This document shows positions 47,156-59,090 of a stretch of 64,000 bases of DNA, in pieces (position 1 is the first letter of the stretch; each line of letters opens with the position of its first letter). The position numbers and the translations under genes are program-made. Below the pieces are notes generated by a model. That model had not been told where the DNA came from, did no database searches, and saw only the letters and a program-made list of their open reading frames with translations. The DNA comes from Mytilus trossulus (lineage: Eukaryota): positions 6,076,001 through 6,140,000 of the forward strand of contig NW_026963290.1 of NCBI RefSeq assembly GCF_036588685.1, read 5' to 3'.

Positions 47156-48182
47156 TAACAGTATAAATTTATATACTTGCTTTTTGTGACGTAACGTTCA
47201 TATTTATGATTCATCCAGATCATAAATAAACCGAGGAAAATTCAAACAGTTTTACAAGAGATAATTTATTAATACAAGACACATGTTCAGAATTTCAGTG
47301 CCAGGAATGTAGAAAATATAAAATCGAAGATAGCTATTGACAGCTTTATGAAAGTCTTAAATTTTCATGCATCTTCAACGAGAACCTACAGGGCTGATCG
47401 TCATGTTAAAAATTCGTTAACTAGTATTATCTGCAAGATGTATATGCTAAGCTGAAAAAATGTCATGTCTTTTGATATTTAATTTTATATTTCCCGCCAG
47501 AAAAATTCTTCGAATCAATTGCTCCATTATAAAGTGATCGCCTATTTATTGGATTTTCATATGGTAGGTATTTAAAATCACTATTAGTCAAAACTGTTCA
47601 AACCTCTCAACATTATAAATACGCAAGATGGAGTTTTAATACTCCTAAGTTGTTTATTTTTCAAAAGTATATCAAGTGATTTGTAATAACACGAAGTATA
47701 TAAAGCGTTGTATGTTTAGTCAAAGTGTTACGGTTATAGCGTGTTGTTTGTTTTATTTGACGTCATATTCGTTATGATTACAAACATTACAGTATACATT
47801 TATATACTTGCTTCTTCTGACGTAACGTTCATATTTATGTTTCATCCAGATCATAAATAAACTGAGAAAATTTCAAACAAGTTAACAAGAGATAATATAT
47901 TAATACAAGACACATGTTCAACGTTTCGGTGTCAAGAATTTAGGAAAAAATGAAATCGACGATAGCTGTTGACAGCTTTATGAAAGTCTTAAATATTCAT
48001 GCAGCTTCAACGTGAACCTCAAGTGGTGATCGTCATGTTAATATTTCTATAATTATCTGCAAAATGTTTATGCAATTTGATTTTTCGTTATATATTGCCC
48101 GTAAATAAATAGACCAGTTTTAAGACAAAGACTTGCTTTGTATAATCACCGCCTATTGAATTTTAGATAAAATAGTGAAAAG

Positions 48183-50669
48183 GGGAAGGTGTAAAAGGCA
48201 ATACAGAGATACAAGATACGAGATACGAGATACAGCGATACGAGAAACGAGATACGAGATATGAGAAACAATTATAAGTAATATGAAAAAAATAAGTCAA
48301 GTGTGTTGAACTACACTAATTTCATTTAGACAAACTGTTAAAATTGTAAACTCTGGGAACTAATAGATAAATTTGTCAACATCAATTTAAAACACAAGCA
48401 TTACAATAAATAAAAGCATCTGAAGATTATACACTTTAATTTTATTTGAGGTTACTGGCCTGTGCCATAATTTGATACTACCATGGTCAAACATAAAAAT
48501 TCTTTAGTGATTTATTTATTTAAAACAGATAAACATCTTGTTAATTATATAAATGAAGACTATTTCAACATAGATTTTTAAATTGATTTCTTAATCATTT
48601 GTTTATTGTCATCTTATTTAAAAATAATAAAGTCATATTAATATTCACTATAACAATTATGTTTTTGTGTACCTTATAATTTGTAAAAGACTTTCTGTTT
48701 TCTACTGGAGTTAAAATGACACACACAAATACTTCTGTGGAATTTTATCTCATTCATCTTTGTGAAATTATGCTTTAATGAGTTATCTGTTAACTATTTT
48801 TTTTTTCACAATCATAAAAATTACCATTTAACAATTGGGTTAAAACTTATTTATAAGGGTCTGGAGTGTGGGGGTGGGGGTCTGTTATTCTGTAAACATT
48901 TAATTTTCACCCCTTTTTATACGACCGCAAAAAATTTGCGTTCGTATATAGCTATATATCACGTCGTCGTCGTCCGTAGACAGATTGGTTTCCGGACAAT
49001 AACTTTAGTTTAAGTGAATGGATCTCTATGAAACTTAAACAAAAGGTTCAATACCACAAAAGGAAGGTTTGGATTGTAGGACTGTGTAGATAAGATACAC
49101 CTACTTGGGTTAACCCCCTCATGGTGTATCTATTATAATACATACACTATATAGTACCTGTCGCGAGACGGGAGGGTGTAATTTTACTGGTTGTCGCTTG
49201 TTGCTGTTCCTCATATTGGTTTTTCGTTTAAAGTTTTTTAAATAAATCTGGCCTTTGGTTTGTCCTGTAGGAATTGTTTTACACTTATTTTGGGGCCATT
49301 TATTGCTTACTACAAGTCTTTGCAGTGTGAAGCTCCATGTTGAAGGCTGTGACATATGATTATAACCTATAATTGCTTATATTTACTTCTATACATGTAT
49401 GTATAGGTCTTGGACGGAGGGTTGTCTTATTGGCAATCATACCATATCTTCATGTGTTTATATGTATAAAAATGTTAGGTAGAAGATGTTTCTGTTAATT
49501 TTGCATATGCTGACTTCACAGGGTCTGATAGTGTTAATGAACCAAATGTGCAATCATGCACTATTATTTGAATATATAATATTTGAAATTTATGTACGTT
49601 CAGCCACACATTTTACACCCACCATGGCAGACATGTTTATTCACCTTTCAGGAACAAATTAACAACACTTAAAAAGGACATTGACAGGAACATATCTGCA
49701 AAGTTTGGTGAAATTATATTTAGTGGTTCTCAAAACAAATATAAAATCATGAAAACTTAAGGAATGACACAGACGACAGACTTCAAGTGATGACAATAGC
49801 TCACAGTGTAAAAGTCTAATAATAAGAAAAAAACTTACCTTTCATTTCTCGTTCTGGTAAACCCCTAAGGGCTTCTGCATAAGTTTTCTTTAAAAAAAAT
49901 TTCTTCGACATGTTGCTTTGCTGAACCAGTATCTAGCAGTGGCTTATTTATTGTCCAACATTGGAACCATTCCCATAACCTCAGTTTATTATATTTTTAA
50001 GATGTAAAGTGACACTATTAACCTCTGTACTGTTTCAAAATTGTTTAATTGCTGACATTGTGATAAAAAGTTTACTGATAAAAAATGCAATTTTATTACC
50101 TTTTCCACATACACTTTCAACAAATTGTCAGTATATTTTTTTATTTTTGAAAGGGACCTATGGTTTGTTAATTTGATATGCTACATTTCATGAGTGTTAC
50201 AAGGTTGTGTCTTAAATATTGAAAAACATAAAACATTTTTTTTTTAATTCTGATAACAACAATTAAATGTATACATATTATGTCATTAAGATAAATATGA
50301 TTCTTCAATTCAAAATAACTGAAATAATTGATAGATATTCATCAATGCAAGTTTTTATCTTGCAAGATCTGTCACCAAATAAGCAATTTTATATAATTTT
50401 TTTCAAATGAACCATAGAGAATTTAAAATTTTTTTTTTTTGCATAAGACTGTGTCCTCTTTATGCCATTGTATTAGAATAACTGAAATTTGTAAAAACAT
50501 TAATATCAATGATTAATGCATTAACAAGTTTCATGTATTTCCATAATATACATTTTTTTAGCTTTAATTAATTATTATATAATTTTCAGTTATTTTGTAT
50601 CTCGTATCTCGTATCTCGTATCTTGTATCGCTGTATCTCGTATCTCTGTATTGCCTTTTACACCTTCCC
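48183..50669. mobile_element. 2.5-kb non-autonomous Mutator-like (MULE) element
   Basis: TIRs GGGAAGGTGTAAAAGGCAATACAGAGATAC with GAGATAC subterminal repeats at both ends; 9-bp TSD AGTGAAAAG / AGAGAAAAG (8/9). Confidence 0.8.
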
Positions 50670-51687
50670 AGAGAAAAGGGTGTAAAAAAAATTAGAAAAC
50701 AGATTGTTCCAACACTTATATCCAAAAAAACCAAAGTGTTTATGGGACGTCCGCTTTAGATGTGTATACACCAGCATAGTCGTTTTATCTGTAATTTTGC
50801 TGATAGTGTCTATTCCCGATTGTAACATTATAACTAAATCTGTATTTGCATGGAGGTACATGTATGCATAACATGATAAGATATCCTTGCAGATGCACCA
50901 GGACTTGCTCATTTCAATATAGTTCTTTTAATTTGTAAGGTTTGAACATCGGTTAACAAATGTTGCGTAAATTTGCCTATATCAGCACTATGAAGTCTTT
51001 GCAGCGCAGCTACTAATTGAATGGCGACCAACTTGAACAACGAATAAAAAACCTGAACAAACTTTAAAAGCAGGAACATATTAAGCTGGCTACAACAGAA
51101 AGCTGGATAATTAGCTACAGCAACATGACGGATGGTTACTAACCGGTCCGTACCACCTGATATTACCCTCGGATTTTTGGTTGGATTAATGTTGCACAGT
51201 CTTCAGTTTGCTATGCTGTGTTTTGTGTTCTTTTGTTTGTATTTTAATCGTTTGGGTTTTTTTCATGGCATCATCATTTTTTTCAAACCTTTGCTTTTGT
51301 ATATTCCATCTAACTTCCACAGCGGCACCTTACTGTCGGTTGAATATTTCTTCCATTAAAGGACACAAAAATAAACACGAGACTTACAAGATGCTTTATA
51401 GAGTCTAATCATTGAATTGAGTTAAAAGTTGTAGCATTTGTAAGAGGCCAGTAAGTGATTAATTCCTTAGTATAAACGCGTAGAACTTAGTATAGGAATT
51501 TTCACGTGTTTTAATTCATCATTTGTCAATGTGTTAATTAAAAAAAATTACAATAGAAGGAAAGATGTGAAATACATCTAATGTTGTTTATACAATTAAT
51601 AATTTCCAATTTTGAAGCTTTCCATGAACACAGATTAATAACACACAATAAAGTAAAAAGATCTGCAACCCTTTAGGAATTCAGATT

Positions 51688-53140
51688 ATTTTACAATTTA
51701 TAATTGTCATAAGGGACAAAAGTATTGGTAGTCGATGATTTCAAAGCCTTGAGTAGTTTATTTGCTCTAAAAGTACAACAAAACACATATAATTCTCATG
51801 GGACACTCTATAATTTGTAATGCATATTGTATTAAAGTGCATAAACATTTTTTTAAACTAAATATTTCAATATAAAATTGCACGTTACAATTTTAGCACT
51901 GCATACAGGGGTTGTAGAATTTACTAGTGGTATATATGTTTCCTAATGCCTTCAAGCTAGACTTATACAATATACATTTATTTGTCTTTGGGTGTGTGCC
52001 GCGTTTTCATCCGAATTATAGCAAGTCAATATCTAGAGTAACACGATGGAACATGAGCAGATAAAAAATGACTTACTAGAATCCCAAGCATTTGGGTTCA
52101 TTTGCCGTATTTTGTTGATGAGCGGATTTTTTTTCACATAGTGTTGTCATTTTAGCCGGAGGGTTGGCCTGCTATAAAACCAGGCTCAACCCATTATGTT
52201 TTTCTTAAATTGTCCTGTACCAAGTCTTGAATATGACAGTTGTTATCTAATACTAGTACAACATTTTGGAATTTTGGGTCCTCAATGCTCTTCAACTTTG
52301 TATTTGTTTGGCTTTTTAACTATTTTGATCTGAGCGTCACTGATGAGTCTTATGTAGACGAAACGCGCGTCTGGCGTATAAAATTATAATCCTGGTACTT
52401 TTGATAACTATTTACACCACTGGGTCGATGCCACTGCTGGTGGACGTTTCGTCCCCGAGGGTATCACCAGCCCAGTAGTCAGCACTTCGGTGTTGACATG
52501 AATATCAATTATATGGTAATTTTTATAAATTTTCTGTTTACAAAACTTTGAATTATTCGAAAAACTAAGGATTTTACAATTTATAATTGTCATAAGGGAC
52601 AAAAGTATTGGTAGTCGATGATTTCAAAGCCTTGAGTAGTTTATTTGCTCTAAAAGTACAACAAAACACATATAATTCTCATGGGACACTCTATAATTTG
52701 TAATGCATATTGTATTAAAGTGCATAAACATTTTTTAAACTAAATATTTCAATATAAAATTGCACGTTACAATTTTAGCACTGCATACAGGGGTTGTAGA
52801 ATTTACTAGTGGTATATATGTTTCCTAATGCCTTCAAGCTTGACTTATACAATATACATTTATTTGTCTTTGGGTGTGTGCCGCGTTTTCATCCGAATTA
52901 TAGCAAGTCAATATCTAGAGTAACACGATGGAACATGAGCAGATAAAAAATGACTTACTAGTATCCCAAGCATTTGGGTTCATTTGCCGTATTTTGTTGA
53001 TGAGCGGATTTTTTTTCACATAGTGTTGTCATTTTAGCCGGAGGGTTGGCCTGCTATAAAACCAGGCTCAACCCATTATGTTTTTCTTAAATTGTCCTGT
53101 ACCAAGTCTTGAATATGACAGTTGTTATCTAATACTAGTA
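51688..53140 (+). repeat. Near-identical ~570-bp direct repeats (51688-52258, 52571-53140) flanking a retrozyme insert
   Basis: The two copies differ at only a few positions by eye; the intervening 52259-52570 matches the 355-bp retrozyme unit. Confidence 0.92.
52334..52377 (+). ncRNA. Type I hammerhead ribozyme in a dispersed retrozyme copy
   Basis: GCGTCA-CTGATGA-GTC-TTATGTA-GAC-GAAA-CGCGCG-TC/TGGCGT. Confidence 0.85.
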
Positions 53141-53312
53141 GTTCGTTTCTATGTATGTTAGCGTTTGTTTGTGTTACACTTCAGTGTTCCTGTTGTTATA
53201 AATAAAAAAAAGAAGATGTGATATGATAGCAAATGAGAAAACTCTCCACAAGAGACCAAAATTAACAACAATAGGCCACCTTATTGCCTTCAATAATTAG
53301 CAAAGCCAATAC

Positions 53313-54707
53313 TACGGGGCGCCGAATGGGACTCTTGTGGTTTTGTACTCAAAATTCAAATTTGTACGGACAAAAGTGACTTTTGTTCAACAAAAATGAG
53401 TTCAGTTTAACAAAATTTGTATCATACTACAAATTTGAAATTTTGTCATACAAAATTATCTATCAGCGGACAAAAGTCACTTTTGTCATGACAAAATTCA
53501 TTTTTGTTACACAGACTTGACTTTTGTTACCTAATTTGAAAATTGACCGACAAAAGTCAATTTTGTATTTAAATTAGTGTAGTTTGGTTTCTGTGAACTA
53601 ATTTGCATAAAAAATCGACTTTTGTTACACAAAATTTACTTTTGTTACACAAAATTTACTTTTGTTACACAAAATTTACTTTTGTTACACAAAAATTACT
53701 TTTGTTACACATAATTGACTTTTGTTACACAAAATTGACTTTTGTTACACAAAATTGACTTTTGTTACACAAAATTGACTTTTGTTACACAAAATTGACT
53801 TTTGTCTCAACAAAATTGACAAAATTGACTTTTGTCTCAACAAAATTGACAAAATTGAATTTTGTCTCAACAAAATTGACAAAATTGAATTTTGTCTCAA
53901 CAAAATTGACAAATTGAATTTTGTCTCAACAAAATTGACAAAATTGAATTTTGTCTTAACAAAATTGACAAAATTGAATTTTGTCTCAACAAAATTAACA
54001 AAATTGAATTTTGTCTCAACAAAATTGATTTTTGTCTCACAAAAGTCAATTTTGTCTCACGAAAGTCAATTTTGTCTCATAAAAGTCAATTTTGTTGTTA
54101 CAAAATTGAATTTTGTCATCACAAAAATGAATTTTGTCGTCACAAAATTGACTTTTGTCTCAACAAAATTGACAAAATTGACTTTTGTCTCAACAAAATT
54201 TACAAAATTGACTTTTGTCTCAACAAAAATGACAAAATTGAATTTTGTCTCAACAAAAATGACAAAATTGAATTTTGTCTCAACAAAAATGACAAAATTG
54301 AATTTTGTCTCACAAAAGTCAATTTTGTCTCACAAAAGTCAATTTTGTCTCACAAAAGTCAATTTAGTCTCACAAAAGTTAATTTTGTTTCACAAAAGTC
54401 AATTTTGTCTCACAAAATTGAATCTTACCGTACACAATTGACTTTTGTGATTTAATTTCCATATCAGGTAACAAAAGTCAATTTTGTATGCAAATATGTT
54501 TATATTTGCATACCTTTAAGACAAAATTGACTTTTGTCATGACAAATATGAATTTTGTCTACAAAAATTAATTTTGTCATAACAAAAATTAATTTTGTCT
54601 ACACAAATGAATTTTGTCATCACAAAATTGAAGTTCTCACAAAACAAGTCTGTAGCACAGAATTGAATTTTGTACAAAACCACAAGAGTCCCATTCGGCG
54701 CCCTGTA
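53313..54707. mobile_element. TIR element carrying an internal 20/30-bp minisatellite
   Basis: 36-bp TIR TAC(G/A)GGGCGCCGAATGGGACTCTTGTGGTTTTGTAC; 5-bp TSD AATAC (53308-53312, 54708-54712); interior made of CAAAATTGA(C/A)TTTTG units. Confidence 0.85.
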
Positions 54708-55642
54708 AATACCGTATAGTCAGATTTAAAAACAATTCAAACGAGAAAACTAACGGCCTTATTTATTTAAAAAAAAAATTGAACGAAAAACAAATGACAA
54801 CCACTGAGTTACAGGTTCATAAAAACTTTTTTCCTATAATAGTTGATGTTTTCCCCTCGGTTTAAGTTTGTAACACTGAAATGTTATCTTTTATTAGATT
54901 TATGACTTTTGAACACTGGTATTCTATACGTACTGTTGCCTTTATTTATATAAATCTTTAACTGCACTTGCTGTGGGTTTTTTTTATGACTGTTTTATCA
55001 TATTTTCTAGTCATATCTAGTTTATATCTTACATGTGTATTTTCATTTATTGTTTTATATTGCCTTCTTAGTAACTTCACTATTTTTGTAATACTGATGA
55101 TTAATTTTGATCCCTAAATTGTATTTTTCCGGCTTATTAGTATTTTATCTATAAATCATGCTAACAGCAAATAATATTGTTTTCATCCGTAGAGAAGTGC
55201 TATTTGTAGATTGTCTGGTATGCTATTTTAGAAATCAAACATCAATGCCTTTATATGACATTTATTGAAATAGAACGTTTGTAAAAATATATTTAACGTT
55301 TCCTTATATTACTATTTAATTACATCCATAGTCTAACGCAGACGTATTAGCCAACTGATTTGCTATTTTGAAAACATCCATACACGATTAACAAACTATT
55401 TTTGTCAAATAGCCCTTCACCTGTTTTAATACTTATACATCCTTGGTTAAGAGATATTCTGCTTTGCGGGTTTCAGATAAAGTTAAAGTAAAAAAAGCTC
55501 TTCTAATGCAACGGTCAAATCGATATTAAAATGAGAAACGAAAAACATGTCGTACGAACCCCATCAACAAACGACAACTGTTAAACACCAGGTTCCTGAC
55601 TAGGGACAGATGCAAACAAATTAATCTGGTTTAAACGTTTTA

Positions 55643-57340
55643 ACATGAATATCAATTATATGGTAATTTTTATAAATTTTCTGTTTACAAAACTTTGAAT
55701 TATTCGAAAAACTAAGGATTTTCTTACCCCAGGAGTAGATTACCTTAGCCGTATTTGGCACAACATTTTGGAATTTTGGGTCCTCAATGCTCTTCAACTT
55801 TGTATTTGTTTGGCTTTTTAACTATTTTGATCTGAGCGTCACTGATGAGTCTTATGTAGACGAAACGCGCGTCTGGCGTATAAAATTATAATCCTGGTAC
55901 TTTTGATAACTATTTACACCACTGGGTCGATGCCACTGCTGGTGGACGTTTCGTCCCCGAGGGTATCACCAGCCCAGTAGTCAGCACTTCGGTGTTGACA
56001 TGAATATCAATTATATGGTAATTTTTATAAATTTTCTGTTTACAAAACTTTGAATTATTCGAAAAACTAAGGATTTTCTTACCCCAGGAGTAGATTACCT
56101 TAGCCGTATTTGGCACAACATTTTGGAATTTTGGGTCCTCAATGCTCTTCAACTTTGTATTTGTTTGGCTTTTTAACTATTTTGATCTGAGCGTCACTGA
56201 TGAGTCTTATGTAGACGAAACGCGCGTCTGGCATATAAAATTATAATCCTGGTACTTTTGATAACTATTTACACCACTGGGTCGATGCCACTGCTGGTGG
56301 ACGTTTCGTCTCCGAGGGTATCACCAGCCCAGTAGTCAGCACTTCGGTGTTGACATGAATATCAATTATATGGTAATTTTTATAAATTTTCTGTTTACAA
56401 AACTTTGAATTATTCGAAAAACTAAGGATTTTCTTACCCCAGGAGTAGATTACCTTAGCCGTATTTGGCACAACATTTTGGAATTTTGGGTCCTCAATGC
56501 TCTTCAACTTTGTATTTGTTTGGCTTTTTAACTATTTTAATCTGAGCGTCACTGATGAGTCTTATGTAGACGAAACGCGCGTCTGGCGTATAAAATTATA
56601 ATCCTGGTACTTTTGATAACTATTTACACCACTGGGTCGATGCCACTGCTGGTGGACGTTTCGTCCCCGAGGGTATCACCAGCCCAGTAGTCAGCACTTC
56701 GGTGTTGACATGAATATCAATTATATGGTAATTTTTATAAATTTTCTGTTTACAAAACTTTGAATTATTCGAAAAACTAAGGATTTTCTTACCCCAGGAG
56801 TAGATTACCTTAGCCGTATTTGGCACAACATTTTGGAATTTTGGGTCCTCAATGCTCTTCAACTTTGTATTTGTTTGGCTTTTTAACTATTTTGATCTGA
56901 GCGTCACTGATGAGTCTTATGTAGACGAAACGCGCGTCTGGCGTATAAAATTATAATCCTGGTACTTTTGATAACTATTTACACCACTGGGTCGATGCCA
57001 CTCCTGGTGGACGTTTCGTCCCCGAGGGTATCACCAGCCCAGTAGTCAGCACTTCGGTGTTGACATGAATATCAATTATATGGTAATTTTTATAAATTTT
57101 CTGTTTACAAAACTTTGAATTATTCGAAAAACTAAGGATTGTCTTACCCCAGGAGTAGATTACCTTAGCCGTATTTGGCACAACATTTTGGAATTTTGGG
57201 TCCTCAATGCTCTTCAACTTTGTATTTGTTTGGCTTTTTAACTATTTTGATCTGAGCGTCACTGATGAGTCTTATGTAGACGAAACGCGCGTCTGGCGTA
57301 TAAAATTATAATCCTGGTACTAGTACTTTTGATAACTATT
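55643..57340 (+). mobile_element. Non-LTR retrozyme array: ~4.8 tandem 355-bp units, each with a hammerhead ribozyme
   Basis: Period exactly 355 (55643, 55998, 56353, 56708, 57063); units nearly identical; hammerhead cores at 55836, 56191, 56546, 56901 and 57256. Confidence 0.9.
55836..55879 (+). ncRNA. Type I hammerhead ribozyme (first of five in the array)
   Basis: Stem I GCGUCA/UGGCGU, core CUGAUGA, stem II GUC/GAC, GAAA, short palindromic stem III (ACGCGCGU); predicted cleavage after GUC at 55873. Confidence 0.9.
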
Positions 57341-57896
57341 TAATAGGTACCTATAGTTACCCTTACCCGAAACAATAGTGTAACATCGCAACATTAAATA
57401 AATAAGATAAATGATAATCAAGCTGAAATACGCGACACTTGATTTTTTGCTGTTCATTTTTCAATTTAATGCTCATGGGTTGCACTCTTTTTATCAACTC
57501 AGATAAATAGATCAAACCAGCATATTTTCGACGTTACATTTGTCTTCCTACCATCATATCATTTGGTCGAGAGTAATCAAGTTACAATATGTAATTAGGT
57601 GCTACAAATGTATATAATACCTGCATAAATGTATTAATTGTGTAGTTGTCATTCAGATGCATTATGTCAGTAATATAGTAAGTGATAAGCCCGCATGATA
57701 GGTACAGATATTTCAGATTGTATGACTTTTGTTTTGTACCAGATAAGACTTAGTAATTAACATGGAAGGAAAAGCCAACAAACTCAGTTTGAACGACGTT
57801 TCCATTAAATTGAATAATTTAGAAGATACATTGTATAAACACTTAAAAACTGTTGTTTTCAGTAAACAGAGTTTTCAGAAGTAATAAAAATATTAC

Positions 57897-58058
57897 TTAA
57901 GAATTGAATGCTTCTTTTTGTAAATTTATTGGGGTGTAAAAGCGTTGACCGTAGTACATTTTGTATGAAGCGCGGAAAGCTTCATACTAAAAATGTGCGC
58001 ACGGTCAACGCTTTTACAACCCTATAAAGTTACAAAAAGAAGCATTCAATACTGATAA
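57897..58058. mobile_element. Fold-back MITE hairpin
   Basis: ATTGAATGCTTCTTTTTGTAA...TGTAAAAGCGTTGACCG / CGGTCAACGCTTTTACA...TTACAAAAAGAAGCATTCAAT. Confidence 0.7.
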
Positions 58059-58914
58059 TTACATTTTTTAGCTATGATCATGAAAACACAAATTTAATAA
58101 ATTTGGTATTTTATTCACCTGTGCACTTTATTGTTGGACCACGTGCTATCATGAATGAAAATTGTTATTGAGTGATGCAATTGCCTACGGAATAACACGT
58201 GATGTGCAGTTAGCCAATCAAAATAAGGTATTATAATGAAACATACATCTAATGTAATTATTACCAAATAAAGCGATAATATAAAGTGACGGGACACTAT
58301 AAACGTATGACTTTGCATATAGATGAAGGCCTTACAGTGGCCTATAGTTGTTAATTTCTGTCACTTTGTCCCCTGTTAAGAGTTGTCTCATTTGCAACAC
58401 TCAACATATTCTTTTTTTTTATATGAAAACTTCTAACAAACAAAAAATGTTGTAAACGTGTTTTGTTTTAAATTAATATAAACATGATGGACGCCATAAA
58501 AAAAAGAATTAAAACTGCATTAAAAAATTTGTTCAGGTTGATAACTATCCATGGTGATCAAATATAATACCAGACATATTACACTCGCCACATTCTACAT
58601 GACTCGGTATGTCCTAATAAAGGCAACAGTAGTATACCTTTGTTCGAAAGTCATAAATCGATTAAGACAAAACCCAATCCGGGTTACAAACTAAAACCGA
58701 AGGAAACACATCAGGTATAAGAGGAAAACGAAGGAATAACAGACACAGAAGTGAACAAAAAACAAACGACAAAACAACACACAGAAGCAAACTATAAGGT
58801 TACAACTGCCATTTTCCAGACTTGGTACAGGACATTTTAAGAAAATGGTTGGTTGAACCTAGTTTTGTGGCTAGCCTTACCTCGCGCTTTTATGGCAATG
58901 TTAAATGTAACTAT

Positions 58915-59090
58915 AAATAGTTGAAAAAGGTTTCAAATTATAATTTAATACGCCAGACGCGCGTTTCGTCTTCATAAAACTCATCAGTGACGCTCAGATC
59001 AAAATAGTTATAAAGCAAAACAAGTACAAAAATGAAGAGCATTGAGAACCCACAATTCCAAAAAGTTGTGATAAATACGGCTTAGGTAAT
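58915..59090 (-). mobile_element. Older inverted retrozyme fragment with hammerhead at 58950-58993
   Basis: Minus strand GCGTCACTGATGAGTTTTATGAAGACGAAACGCGCGTCTGGCGT; flanks are diverged from the array. Confidence 0.8.

Larger units (their letters stand above)
45205..48070 (+). repeat. Tandem repeat of a ~630-bp unit (~2.7 copies), second unit interrupted by two TEs
   Basis: AAAACTGTT(T/C)AAAC...AAGTATATCAAGTGATTTGTAATAACACGAAGTATATAAAG recurs at ~45205, ~45833 and ~47590. Confidence 0.9.

Noticed and set aside
53782-54455. 219-aa and 127-aa ORFs
   Set aside because: Open only because the minisatellite lacks stops; low complexity in overlapping frames.
55910-57217. Four near-identical 80-aa minus-strand ORFs (and the 64-aa ORF at 52408-52602)
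   Set aside because: Antisense to the retrozyme unit; the identity reflects the tandem repeat, there is no recognisable domain, and there is no coding evidence.
53620-57340. CRISPR-like arrays
   Set aside because: Eukaryotic context, no unique spacers and no cas genes.
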